Shown here piece by piece: positions 12,686 through 26,900 of a stretch of 64,000 bases of DNA; the first letter of the stretch is position 1, and each line of letters starts with the position of its first letter. A program made the translations under genes and the position numbers. The stretch is from Catajapyx aquilonaris (taxonomy: Eukaryota): the NCBI GenBank assembly GCA_000934665.2, contig KZ538245.1, forward strand, positions 1 through 64,000, in the 5' to 3' direction. Under the pieces are notes generated by a model, which had not been told where the DNA came from, did not search any database, and worked only from the letters and a program-made list of their open reading frames with translations.

Positions 12686-13824
12686 AGTCTGCTAACCTTA
12701 CTATACTATAGTAGTGACTGTTCAGTACTATTTTCATCACAATTTGTGGCATTGTGATTATGATAATGCTACAAAGAAAACAACAACTCTAGAGCAAGCA
12801 AACAATATTCCGACCGGACACACCAAAATCCTAAAGACAAACTTGAAGTCTCCTTGAATGCAATATATGTAATAGCTAATATAATTGCAGGTTTCTGTTG
12901 TATTATCGTGTCGCGGGGGTTTCGAAATATGGCGTTAAGTACAGCCGAAGCACTCAGAGAAATGAGAGTATCAATAATGAGAAAGGTCATATCCTCATTT
13001 ATATAGGGGGTCGAAATTCTTATAATGTTCATGAGTAAAGGAGAGGCTTTTAGTGTAGATGAACTATGTTATCTGGAATATCAGCATGTTGAGCAAGCAT
13101 TGCTGGAATATCATATCAAAAGCACTTGCTTGCGAAATATTATTACGCGATACATGTTCGGAGAAGGTGTCAGAAAAGTAATTAAACACCAGTGTGTGGG
13201 AAAGGGTCAATCACTAAATAATGTGACCTCAAATTGATCGGCTATTGCAATGATAAATGTTTAATTTTGGTAGAGGGGGTCTTGTGGAATTCATTTTGTT
13301 TCTCTGGAAGCCCGCAATCCCTATATATGTTATATATTTTATGTATATATACATAAGCGACAATATTTTTTGTTGGTATGCATGTATGTCACGGCTACTT
13401 AACTCACTTCCACATCTATGAGAGCACAGAAATTTTTCAGCGGAGCTCTCCGCATATTTTTTCTAAAATCTACTTATAGCAAGTTAAGGCAAAGTTTGTT
13501 TGTTTGTTTGTTTGTTTGTTTGTTTGTTTGTCCTTGCGGCAGCGAGTTTTTGTTATTGATTATCAATGGAAACAGACCTTATAGATTCTATTCAAAAAAA
13601 AATTTGCATGACCCCATTGGGATTTACCATAATTATCCTTTAGGGGGGTGAATTATACCACCATCGGAAATTGGAGCCATATAAGAAGATCTTAATTCGC
13701 ATTTCTCCAGGGTATTTTTATTTTTATTTTTATTTATTTTATTTATTCTACCCCATTAGCTGGCCTATTGGCCATTTTTCTCTAGGGTATAGGTAGGAGG
13801 GGATGTGCAAAGTGCAAGTGCAAT

Positions 13825-14007
13825 ATGTCTCTAACGGTCATTTAGTGAGCTCCCCCGGGTGGCTTAGTCTGTCGGAAATTCCCACCCGAAATGAAGCCAG
13901 AGATGGCCCAACTCTGCACGGATAAAGGTGGGAACGCCGAGTGGGGATCGAACCCGGGACCCTTATCCGTGGGCGCGTCCGTTACCGCAGTGCCACTTCA
14001 CCTCCCC
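13825..14007 (-). mobile_element. tRNA-derived SINE, copy 1
   Basis: Minus strand reads ggggaggtgaagTGGCACTGCGG...GGTTCGATCCC (A and B boxes) followed by a body nearly identical to 34533-34717. Confidence 0.8.
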
Positions 14008-14744
14008 TGATTCTATTAAATTTAAACTCACCCCCCATTTAAATCAATTTTTTTTAAAAAAAATATTCGGACTACATTATTAATATCAGCATGCATAATT
14101 TTTTTTTTAAATATGTCCAACACCAGCGCCTCTCTCGACACCCGGAGGAAGCACAATTTTCCCGTGACTTCAATTCCAAGATGGCAGCTCCCTTGGAACG
14201 TTTTGCTTGAGCTGGTCTTTTTTGTTCCATTAAAACAGAAAGGACTAAATTGCCACCCAATTTTGTGTACACTTTGGGCACGTAAGGAACACCACTGCAG
14301 TAAGGGTCATAGTTCAAAGGAAAGGAGGGTTGGAATCACAGATTGGAATTTATTATTATTATTATTATTATTACAGTGAGCATTGGAACATTTGGAATGT
14401 TAGAAGTTGAGCAGGTTTAGAGCAAGGTAATTTGGAGGGGGGTAATATAAATTATTTTGGTTGGCTGCCAGCAGTTTATGTTTATGGACAAACTGATGGA
14501 ACGTAACAACGACACTGAAGGTCACAGCTGCTAATTTGTATCGTGCATTATTTATTGTCCTGCGCTGTTCATTTAGCTGCATGCATCTGCTTGCCTTCTA
14601 GTCATCTAATCATAGTATGGTAGGCAAGCTGGTAATGTTTTGAACAATGCTATTAACCGAATGTCTTCTTCCCCAGGGAGAGTTCGTCACATGTGAACCA
14701 GGAAAGCGGCAAAGTTGACGAAGCTACACCTCCAGACATCCTCC

Positions 14745-16297
14745 ATGAGAACCAAGAGCTTTGTATTGTTCCTCATATGCATTGTCATCACATCAGTCTT
14801 TCTTTGCTTGTTTGGTAGCCAAAGACCGACCATACAAACTATTGTCTCGGAGACACACAAGCAGCTTAATAATCTCAAGAATCTCAAGGTACAACCACAG
14901 GCATGTAGAATATGATAATAGAAATAGTCATATACTAATAATGCGATGATTTCGATTATATTTTTATTATTTTCTACACTTGCCTTACATGGTTCATGTT
15001 TCGATGTATTGTACGCACACTGAGAGCAATCAGCTGAAATAATTTATTGACGATTCAGCGTATTTTAAAACAAATTGTTTCATGTTGTTCGCAGGAGAAT
15101 CTTCGTGTGGTAGAGGAGAAGCGCTTGGTTGTAGACACCTCGTATACTCAGCTTTTGGGCTTCACCGATAACCCCTCACTGTACCCAGATGCTCCCTGGA
15201 AAAATGTCACCATTCCACTCATCGTCACAGCTGTAAGTTTATGGCTTTTTTTTCTTTCTAATGCTGCCCACTTATCATTTCCTGTCTCTTTCCCATAGGT
15301 TGATTCAGAGGAGGTGCAACTGGCCATCGGGTTTGTGCGAAATGTGCAACGATTCGTATCTAATCACACGATCATCATTTACAACCTTGGGCTCAGCCAG
15401 TCAGAGCTTGACATTGTGAGTACCGGTACTATTGTAACGTAGTGGCTGAGGTTATCCATGCAAACTTCCATCGTACGAAAAGAGTAATGTGAATGCCACA
15501 TGAATTTTTCAAGTTTGTAAAATATGGAAAATGTTGCAGCTTCTACCCCACTGCAACAGCAGCAAGTGTATCCTGGAGGCTTTCAACTATGACCTCTTCC
15601 CCTCACACGTGAAGGACTCGAGGCTACATGCATATCGACCTCTTATTATTCAGGTGGGGCTACTTCTAAGATGAAGGAAAATGGCCTGGCCGAACTGTTT
15701 ATGAGGATAATTTCATATTATTTTGTTTCCCACCAGATAAACTTAATGCGATCAGGTGCTGTCCTTTGGCTGGATATTGATCGTCGCTTGACTCGAGGGC
15801 AGCTGGAACCATTTGTGTCCCGTGCGGAGAGAGGCGGCGGCATCTTAGCTTGGCCTACTTCCCACCCAACTTCTTCTCTAACGCATCCGAAAATGCTCGA
15901 CTACTTCCGCCTGTCGCCTGAAAACTTTTACTTCCACCACATGGTTCTCCCTTCCCAACTGATCCTTCTGAACACGAGAGCTATTCATCGAAGGGTAATG
16001 ATGCCATGGACTCAGTGTGCTCTGATCAAAGACTGCATTGATCCCATTGGAGCCCAAACTAGTGGGTGCAGATTTGACAAGAAGCCGCACTACAGGTACT
16101 CGGGATGCCATCGGTACGATGCAAGTGCACTGAACATCGTGTTGGGAGTGGCGTTTGATTTCGACGAGGATAGGTACACCGCATTAGGGGGCGAGGCCGG
16201 GAATTTTGCAAGGCCTGTAGGGCAGCTAGATTGGGTACAGCAGCAGGAAGCTCAGAAGAAGATCAATGCGACGGTTGATGCGTACACTGAAGTCTGA
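14745..16297 (+). CDS. Type II membrane protein, DUF1647-like/putative glycosyltransferase-fold; about 5 coding exons
   Basis: N-terminal TM (MRTKSFVLFLICIVITSVFLCLFG); spliced motifs IIIYNLGLS, FPSHVKDSRLHAYRPLIIQ, VLWLD, WTQCALIKDCIDPIGA, CHRYDASALNIVLG. A 5'UTR exon ends near 14281. The family name is from memory of motif similarity, not from a search. Confidence 0.7.
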
Positions 16298-19200
16298 ACA
16301 CTTGGTGAGTGCAGATATGGGTGACGTTGGATGATATCTTTTGCGGTTAGAAAGTAAGTGCATTACTAGCAGGGTTGAAAGCGACCAAAAGAAGCGGTAG
16401 CCAAGTCCCATTTGTTCTTAGCAGTGATTCAACGAGGCTATTCATAGCGAAATCATTAATGCTGAAAATTAAGCTTTCTTAAACGAATATGTCTAACAGC
16501 ATTCGGCTCACATCTTCATTGGGTGGAAATGTAACTGACACTTTAACTTTGAGCATGTCGTTATATTTAGGCTGCACATTGGGGGTTTCTGGGACCTAAC
16601 AAATTCAAGTACGTACTGTAGCCAGATCATTGTACCATACGAGTGCTTCTATGTAAAAATGCTTATTAGATTTTATGACGTATTAGTAAAATTTCCTGCA
16701 TGTTCTTTTTTATACAGTTTGTAAAATATGAAGTGCCATTATTGAGCTATTTATATGCATTTGCAATAAAATTTTTCCATCAGGAAGTAGCGACAGCTAA
16801 TCTTTGATCAAGAGCTGCTTCATTATATTTGCATTGCAATATTGTAACGATAATAATAATAATTTTATACTGTGCAAATGGTAATAGTCGTTTAATCCGC
16901 TTTGAAATTGTGATGGGAATTCAACAAGCAGCGCTGGATTTTTGAGTGCATTTGATTGAATCACTGCTGAAAACTATTTATTGGGAATGACTTGGGCTAT
17001 TTTTATCATATTGGCTGTGTGTTTGGAACAAAAACATTAAAGAAAATACTGATCGTACCCCCTCTTTGGGACTGACCTGTTTTTTCTAAATGTGTGTGCG
17101 CTTGTGTGTGATAGATTCCCAATGTGTGTTGCCACATGTTTTTTCTTCTTTTTGAAATTTCTGCAAGCTCAAAAACGTGAAGGTTGTGCAGAAGAAGAAA
17201 CAACAGCAAGATCAAAGCTGTAATATGCCATTTTTTTCTGTTTATTTATTTGTCACATTTTTTTTCCCCCTGCCGCATCGGCTCTCATGATGATGAAAAA
17301 AAAACCTGAACAGGATCAACGCAATGCTTGAGAGCTTAAAAGCATAGTCAAATGTTCTTTTCAATTACATCACTTGTATCATTGTAATATTCCTTGCATG
17401 TGTATATTTTCCATATATATGTTTTTTCACATGTAGTTCAAACAAGTCTCACGTCAACTGTAGAGTGAGATTATATCTGGTAACGTTAATTGTGGGTTTT
17501 CCGTACTTCAAGTCGCCAGCACTTTGTAAACATCTAGTAAGCTCCGAGTCCGAGACTTGCAGAAGAGCCAGAAAACCCACCAATATGTCTTTTAACAATA
17601 AGTACACATTTAGGTTAGGATACCTCTAGAGATAATTATGATCAAATTGAAAATTATAGCAGGATGTTGCTAGACTTTTTTTTTTCAATTCCTAAAACTT
17701 TCACAGCGTCTAACATTTTGAAGATTCTTTTCGGAAGAGCCAGAAGAGAGGAGCGCACCAAAAATTAATCACATTAAAGCTGCCCTAAGAAGCTCAGTAC
17801 TTGTGCGAAAAAAGGGAAAGTTGATTTTTCTAGAAAGCTTACTTAGCGGCATTGGCAAGTAATTCAATCTGAATAGTAACTTACGACAAATTTAGAGAAA
17901 AAATACCAGCATTTTTCTGAAAATTTTGAGGAATGAGTGACGCACTTAGCTGTAATTGGCGCTCGGATGATGTACAATTGGGCATGAAATAATGTAAGAG
18001 CTTAGCAGGCAGGCTGAGTCGTCTTACGATCACTGCCTACGCGGGATATATCAAGTGCGTTTCTATCTTCATCGACAGGCACTTTGCACCACCTCTTAAA
18101 AAATATTTTCTAATAAGCTAATTATTATCTCAGGCGATGTAGGGATCAAAGTGTTTTTTCCAGATTTTGGTATATATGAGAAGCTATAATGAGATACAAA
18201 ATGTAGTTGCAGCTTATTACGAAGGGTCTAAAACAGATATTTGAGGTAAATATGTAATGATTGATTACAATCGGAGTCGGTGATTAATTAAGATGACCAG
18301 AGTATGCTCTACTCAACTTTGCGGTTATTTATGGTTTCACTGCACCATTTTTGATTCTATGATGGGTGGCATTTCATTCATCCGACTCGTGATTTTGCAC
18401 TCGTACATTTTTTTGACGTATCGGAGGGTCAATAAGTTGCCTTTTGCCTTCTTCGACACCGCATGTTTGTTATGACATATTGGCCTGCGCATGATTGACA
18501 CGTGGTTGCGACATTCAAAACATCCTTCTTGGGAACTTTTATCATCTTTAATTAATTTTGGAATTCATGCATCCGGCATGATATTTTTTTGCACTCAAGA
18601 TTTCGATTGTAAGATCCAAGTTATCCAATAGTTTTATCAGTGGTCCTAGTGGTGCAAAGTTTCCTGTTTACACAATTTTTTCACCTTTTGTTTTCAGTAT
18701 GATTAAATTTTTTTTCTCTCACTATGCCTGCGAGTGACAAAGTGCGTCATAATTGAGGCAACTTGTTTTTTTTTTCATTTATTACTTGGTGTTTCTTATG
18801 TGTACAGCTACAGAATCTGTCTTAATAATATGTAATATGGTAAGGCGTCATTTACTCCATATTGGATGGCAGTGTGCAGCTCGATTGCAACTTGAGTTGT
18901 GACACATTTTATTCCGTACGCAGTTGTCATTGTGGTGAACATTTTAAAACAAACCGGAGTGTAACGGTTATTTTCTTTCGTACGCATGAACAATACATGT
19001 AACTCAGGATGAGCAATAAGAGGAATGCTTCCAGTTTTTTTTTTTTCCTTCTTCAAAATGAAGACGTACCTATCCAAAGTGTCGGCAAGTGCGGAGTGTG
19101 AACAACTTAAGTGCGATGGAAAGTTTTTTGTTTTTTTTAACCGTCTTGATTCATGAAGGATGTAATTGTTTACAAGATTTTCACCCTTCAGAGTAATTTT

Positions 19201-21617
19201 TTATAGCCAGCAAGGTAATTGATATTGTCTTGGTACAAAAAAAATATATGCTAATTGATGTACAGGACATGGTTTCATAATGGCTTTTACGTGGTTTGTT
19301 GGAGGCATTTTCATTTTCATTTAAAAAATGTGCCCGCTAAACAATTTTTGAGTCCATAATTGTTGCCCAGTAATATTGTGCGTAATATTTGAAACCACAT
19401 TTTTGAATTTTTGCATCAAAGCTTTTGCAATGCCCAGCGACAACATGTCTTGTGCTCTAGATCTCATCAAAGCACAGTTTGTCTTTCAAGTGCACTTTTC
19501 AAAGGCTGGCTTTCTCATTTAGAACGTTGATTGCCGCAATGTCAATATGTAATATTTCTTCTTTTTTTTTCAAGTTGTGAGGTGGTGACTTTGTTGTATA
19601 GACATAAGGAAATTGCATGATCAGATTTTTCTTGTGATAACAATATACGATTATTTCAAAAAAAAAGAGAAAAAAATGTTGTTATTAATTTTCCGCACCT
19701 ATACCTCAGCGTTGGCGTAACAATATGTTGAACATGATTGGTACTTTAGTCTGTACATTGATTCATTTTGTAACTAATTTTGACCTCTAGCTGGTTTCAG
19801 TAATTAATAGCATTCATTTCTTGTTGCAGGAAAATTTATCAGGATTTCATTTTTTACAGGATATAATTATGATAACAAATGAGCAGATACGATCCTAATT
19901 TTTTTTTCATTTAGGTCCGTTGAAAGTAGTGACACGTGCCGCATTAAGACAAAAGCGAGTATTTTTGATTTTCCTTTCAATAATTGGATCCTGATTTTTC
20001 CGGCAACAAGAAATTGATTGTTGGATGAAAATTTATCAGGTCATCATTTTTACCGGAAGCTGATGACAAATGAGCGGATATTGTTCCAGACTTATTTCGA
20101 GGTCCGTTGAAAGTAGCGACACGTGCCGCCGCGTTATGACAAAAGCGAGTCCTCTTTTTATTTTCTTCTCCTTTCAATAATTGGATTAGAAGTATCGACT
20201 CTCCAGACTTCCTTTATGAAGACATACAAATATGGGATTTGTATTTGGTTGTGACAGAAATAGCAATTTTTCAAGGGGATGCGTATGATAAGCTGTTGCT
20301 CCTGGAAAAAAAAAATGGACAAAAGATTTGGCCTTCTTTTTGTATGCCAATCTTTGAACGGAGCAGAAATCACAATGGGCAGGAAAAGGTTTCAGTTAAG
20401 AAGTATTGTAAGCTACTTTTCCCCTGCTTTATTCTTGAATGTTTGCATAGTATGATCTGGTTTATATTTAAAAAATGATAAATAAAACGTAGGGTATTAT
20501 ATTGCTATAAATAAACTGGCCTTTTTTCTGCTCTCAAGAGAGAAAATCTTTGCGACTGAACTTGTTACCAACTCAGATTGATTACAGTCATGAATATGCG
20601 TCGGTATGGAGTGTGCATGTGACGTTATTCCATGTACTTAATCCGCTCTACTTGTTCAAACCGCTTCTGAGAAAAGTGCATTTTAAAAGAATTGGGAGAG
20701 ATGGCGAGACATGATAATTAGAACACTTGCGCGTGTCAAGTAATATTTTGCCTGCTAATATTTCAGCAAAATTTGTTTTTAATTGGTGGATGTTACTCGC
20801 AACAATGTATAATGACACCTCACCTTTATTTGCCATTTCCTGAAATTACATCTCAAGGATATTCTGTGTCAAGGTGTTGATTACTGTTATCTGGAAAACT
20901 AGCTTTAATTAGTAATAATTTGCGGGCCACCAAACCTTGATGATCAAGAGCCACTTCCCACGAGTTCATTACTGGTTGTAATTGGATTTACGTCAGAGTA
21001 GCTGACACAAAAAAAAAGTTAGTTTTTTTTTTGTATGCTTAAAAAAAATTAATAACTTAAGTGGCTTGGGTCTGCTTGGAGTTCATGTAACATTGTATAC
21101 AGCATGCTGAGGAGCTAAATAAGATGTGCGAAATGCTGTGGGTGGGATATGAGAATGAAACAAAGTGGAAGAGAAGGACGAATCCCTCTAATGTAGACTG
21201 TCGTTCAAACAGATTGGTCTATACACACAGGTATATATATAAAACCTCACACCAAAGTCTAGAGGCTGCGTGGGTGTGACTTTATTACATTCCGACCTCG
21301 AAATTCGATCTAGAGCCCAAGTGGCAGGTGGGAGTATTTTTGTTTGGACTATTTCTCAAGCTACGTGTGGGTCAAACTCAGACAAAAATACACTTAAAAG
21401 CAGGACAACCAAAACTATGTGCCTGACATATCTCAGAAAATTATTGTTTACGCCAAAATCTCTCCGTCGGATGTTTGTCCGATCTGATAGTACGACTATC
21501 ACCCGCACGACTCAGTGGCAGGAGTGTGCAGGAGAATGGTGCGCCATCTGTGGGTGTTGAATAGTACTAATTGGTAAATCTGCCTCCAGCGTGGTCCTAT
21601 CAGGTCGGACAGCCCAG

Positions 21618-21710
21618 CCGAATGCTTCAAAGTGGAATATGTCACGGGGGCCAATGTTCCGGGGGCTAGAAGTCCGGGGGCGAAACGGCGGGGGCGACAA
21701 GTCCGTATAC
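21618..21710. repeat. Dispersed repeat fragment shared with 50175-50470
   Basis: ccgaatgcttca...tggaatatgtcacggggg...ggcgaaacggcgggggcga is present at both loci. Confidence 0.7.
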
Positions 21711-23364
21711 CGTTTCAAATCGCATTCGAGCGAATCTGAGGTTAGGTCGTTATGAAATGGTTCCGCAGCAAACAACTAATGTAACAGAGAGGGTAACGAC
21801 ACATAAAAACAATACCATTGCGTATGTGAACTGTACACATATCTTAATGAAGCAATAATGATGTTGACCAAGGATCTGGTCCGGTTTACTCTTTAAAAAT
21901 TGCGGGTCGTAATCGGTCCCGGCTAGTTGCGTCACAGTTCTTTGAACTTGTTACAGTACAGCAGCTGCCTGCGTAACCATAAGTAACTGGAACTATACAT
22001 ACGTCAGTACTGACCTCTTCAAATATTATTATTATTTTTTTAAACGAAAGGTCACTTTTTAGTTGTAATGATTCAAATAAGTGCGGTGTGTACTGAATTT
22101 CCCGTTGGTTTCTTGGGTGTCTGCACATAAGCCTCTGATGATATTTGCTCCGCAGTAAAAGAGGCTAAGACAACATGATGGTCAGTGGACCGCCTGCTGT
22201 GGAAAGGAGAATCTCTCTGAGAGAGAGAAAAATAAAGTATTGCAGTCTCTTGCTCTTTTCTCAAGGCGGAAATTCGTTGTGGGGTCGGCCACCTTCAAAT
22301 GGGACTCCAGGCCGTGGAAGGAATAAAGACGAGAAGAAATACAAAAGAAACCTGGAAGAAGAAAAAAAAATGAGATTGAAGGAAGCAGTACTGAAGATGC
22401 TGACAGTAACGTCAAGTTACTGTACAGTAATTCATTGCGAAAGTGCAAGATCAGTGACGTTGGGGAGAGATTTTTTTTTGCCAATATAAAGTTTATTTCC
22501 TGTCATTAATATCTAGTTTCTTGCGGAAATTATGAAGCAATATTTTTTTTCTAGTAAATGGTTTAAAAAATAGCATATCAGTACAGATAAGCTGTGAATG
22601 AATATTGCGACATCTTTTTTTATAATGTCGTGTGTCGCATGATATGTCGTTGGTGAAACATGAATGATTACAGGATGTGTATATAGAGCCGGATTATCGT
22701 ATTATTGTAGATAAATTACGTCAATGGGTACTACACAGTTTATATGAAAAAAAATTGAAGAAAAAAAAACTATACAGAAATTAAAGGACAAGTCTCTATA
22801 ATTTAGTACAGTAATTCACAACATACAACATAGTGCATTTCGTGAAGTTTCAATTGCCTATATTTCAGGCATACAGTGTCATTATCAAAATAATAATATG
22901 TTGACACGATCTGTGTACTTCATATGAAAATTTCTGTCTTTAAAGTTGGATTTAATGAGCAAGGTTGTTTCCCAATAATTATTATACGGGGGGTCTATTA
23001 TTAGAGTGTTGAATAATTGAAGGGATGTCAAAAGAAAAGTTTGTAGCCGCGAAAAGTTTTCCCAGGGAAAACTTCATATTTTTGCGTGGGGATTCCCTAA
23101 TTATAATCAAGAGCCAAGTTCAATGTTATTTTTTTTTGTTTATTAAGATCGATTGCATATAGTGACACTGTGCCTGAATTTTCATCTGTGGAGGTGTCTA
23201 ATTCTGGATATTTCTAGACACATCGTTGGGATAACAAGGTCACATTAATTAAATTACTTGAACGTCATTATTGTTGTTGAACATACACATTTTCTGTAAA
23301 TGTTTGATAGTGTTGTTTATGGCTGTCTTTATAAATGTGAAATCGAGTTAAACAATCTATGAGG

Positions 23365-23615
23365 CTTCTGATTGGACAGCAGTATGTTACCGCGACGCTT
23401 CCGATTGGCCCCCAGTTCTGCACATGCGCAATGGGGGGGAGGCAGCGCCTCTGGTGGGTGGGATGAGGAACTATCTACATTAAAATCCTTCGTTGTGATG
23501 CCCCCTTCTGATTGGACCGCAGTATTTGTTACCACGACGATTCCGATTGGCCCCCAGTTCTGCACATGCGCAATGGGGGGAGGCAGCGCCTCTGGTGGGT
23601 TGGATGATGAACTAT
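23365..23615 (+). promoter_or_regulatory. Tandemly duplicated ~143-bp module upstream of a TATA box (tataaa at about 23864)
   Basis: Two copies of ttccgattggcccccagttctgcacatgcgcaatggggggaggcagcgcctctggtgggt; contains inverted CCAAT (attgg) and tgcgca motifs. Confidence 0.5.
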
Positions 23616-23990
23616 TATACTGTACTTTGGGGGCAAAAACGAAATCCATTTTGAAGTCGCTTCTCACATTTTTCAAGCAAGTACCCATGCAGGTATTTTG
23701 TAATGTGTCGAGAGTTACGATCCTGAAAAGGACACGCAGGCGCGAAGGATGATTGAGAAGGAAGATTGGGTGCGGAGGGCAGGGGGGATGAGAGGCTGAG
23801 AGGGGGAGGGAGGAGGGTGAAGTGTATGTGTGTGTGTGGTTGGGGAAAAGTGATGGCGGGGTCTATAAAGAGGCCAGTCCAGGCCGGTTGGGGCCAGTGC
23901 CTCCCAAGAACCCATCATCTTCTCTCTGTCTCTCACGTTGTCTCTCTCCCAGTCCCCTGCATCGAAAAGATCATCAGGCCATCAGGTACA

Positions 23991-26900
23991 ATGTGCTCCT
24001 CGAAAAGAAGCCCCAGCATCCTGATCTGCGCCTGTCTTCTGGCAACCAGTGCTTCACTCGTGTTAGCCAGACCATACTCAGCATCATCATCATCATCATC
24101 TGGACCGTCCTCAACCAACACACACCTGCTCAACGGACTCAGGAGCACACAACCACAGGTGGGTGTTTATCGTGTATATACTACATGACGCAATAACAGC
24201 ATGTCAAGTGCTGTGCAACAAGTAGTTGCGAGCAATAATAAGGGTGCATGCCCTACTTGCTCTGCTGGTCAAATGCGCGGCCAGATTGACGCCGTGGGAT
24301 GGATGCCAAAAGCTTTAAAAATAAAAGTCTGGCAGTTAATAGGAATCAAAAAATAATCACAATTATTCACTGTTGACTCTTAATGTATTTTCCTAATTTT
24401 TTTTCACAAATGAGTGTACATAACATTGCTATTGCATTTTGATCGATTGGTGCGACCTGTTTCCGTTAAGTCATCATCATCTCACTCTGCGAAGGGGTTA
24501 ATCACCACAGTCAAAGTATTCCCAGTAAAAGCTAAGTGGGGCAATTGATTTCGCCATGCACTGACCTAGGTCACTTCTCCCCAGTCTTCACTGGAAACTC
24601 ATTATATACAGCCCCTATGGGAACCTCCATATGAGACAATCAGGGGGGTCATATTAATAATATTGTGCCTAGTTATTTTAATTTGAAACTCATAAACTCA
24701 CATTAATTTCACGTCTCCAACCTTTAGTGGTCAGGTCGTACTCTTGATCGTACTTGCCTGATTCTCATAGTATACTCAATAGTGTGTACCTTTTGGAGCA
24801 AGGATATAACTCCCACGCATACTTCACGAACAATATTTACGACCTCCTCACCATACCTCCTCTAGAGAGGTATTTACTGCTTGTGTTGCAAACATTGCCT
24901 TGTCTTATGTAAGGGTTTGCGACACTCCAGGTTATTGCACGCAGTAAAAAAAATAAAAGTTGATTTACGCCTCTCTAGTTATTTGAGCAATTTTGTTTGA
25001 CATGTGCGTCAGATTTTTTTTAACAAAATTTTTATAAGAATAGCTTTATTAAAAATATTTGTTGCCATTTTTTTTATTCATTCATTTCGAAGCCTATTCA
25101 TTCCTGTTTGGAATGCTGCAAAATGAAAAAATATTGGAATAGACTCAGCGAAAAAAAAAAACAGCTATTCAAGATTGAACTTTTGATTGTATACAGTCCT
25201 CTTGATAGTCTTATAGACGACGAAAGAAGGAAGAAAAATTTGCACATATGTCTATAGTTGATCAAAAATACAGATTTTTTTTGCGATTAGTTTATTTCTT
25301 TCTACACTCTAAGAAATGTCCGGGTTAAATGTATTTATCCCGGAAAAAAGATCACTTTTGTCATGGTTATTTAACCCGGACATTTCTTAGAGTGTAGTGT
25401 AAGACCATGAGTCTATAGCGTTTATGGATCTTAGTTTATCAAAAATACATTATTTTTTTGCGATTTGTTTCAGTACATGTGATTACATCAAGTTACTGTC
25501 GCAATTTTTTATTTATGGTTTGAAAAATATTTACGAGTGCCAAAATAATAGCGATGTAATGACATTTACTGGCCAAACAATCTCTGCTCGTTTATGGCTG
25601 ACACATGAAATGAACCGACTCAATTTTCGATAAGTAACATACGAAGATGACCTTTGAAGCCCATGGATGGGGCCTTACTCCCAGTAGTTTGTGATATGAC
25701 TTTCTGTGAATGAAGCAACGTTTTTTCTCTTCCTATTCCTCTTTGCAATATCACTATCTCACTTTGTTGATAAATGAATATGGAAATTGCGCCTGTTTGA
25801 CTCTCGAGTTCGTTGATAATAATTATATCTTTGTGTGGCCCACCAGAGCGGACTTTGATGGACCCGAAAGAGAGGTCAATTCCCGTCCTTGCTATATGAC
25901 TATGTTCACGGTATAGCCACGCATCACGTGACGGGACACACAAACAGTACACACGCCTCAGCACGTGCGACTTTTCTTGTCACATGTCACACAAAAGAGA
26001 GCCTAAACATCATCGGTTTTCATGATAAACTTTCCCCCCCATCCAAAGAGAGAGATGATGATAAAAATGAGCAGTTGGACTTTTCCCTTTCTTCTGACGT
26101 AAGCAGAAGCTGACCTCTCATGGACGTTGAAGGGATGTCCAGGAAATAGTTCGTTGTTGTGTAATGACCTGAACTTTCTGGATGATACATGTTGTTTACA
26201 TGATAACATTTTTGTATTGTAAAAAAAAAATTGTGTTTCTATATGTTCAGATTTCGGTTTATGATGACAACATGCGTTTGGTATGCCAGAGACGTGATCA
26301 GTTAATAGTTTGTTGTCTCCCGCCGGATGTGTTGTCGGCCCCACATGTTTTTTTTTCTCCCCCCCCCCCCTCCCCCCCTGCGTCATATGACATGTGGTGT
26401 CAAGTGCGTAGTTTGTGGACCACGTTGCGTAAGTTTCTGAAGGGGCCAAAGCCAAGCCCCCTCTTCCGATTGGCCCGGCCTGGGACTTCACCAGGGGTTG
26501 ATCCTATATACAATGCTGTATATGCATGATGATGACGATGATACATTACAGGGTGGTCCAACATTCTAATAAGAAACACTGGACATAAAAAATTATTAAG
26601 CTGCTTTCCAGTATTTTAAAAAATGGGATTGATTTCGTCACAAATTGTAATTGGGCAACACTGCCCAGCCCGCTCCCAACCTGGACGTTGCCGCAACTAG
26701 ATGGCGCGCATTTCTGTGCGCACTACTGCCACCTAACTACATGCACGTTGGTGATGAGTCAACTCCAACGTGTAGCCAATTCTACAGATGTGTCTGTGCA
26801 GTATTTCTGGGGTCAACTTTGGCGTAAATTGTAGCTGCTACTTTACTATATTAAATTCTGTCATTTTGTGGCCCACCCTGTACTTATATATCAAGCGTGC

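Noticed and set aside
16900..21600. Exon-like fragments (e.g. about 21100-21231) in an AT-rich interval
   Set aside because: No coherent spliced model or recognisable domain could be built by eye; possibly decayed transposon or gene remnants, which would need a translated search.
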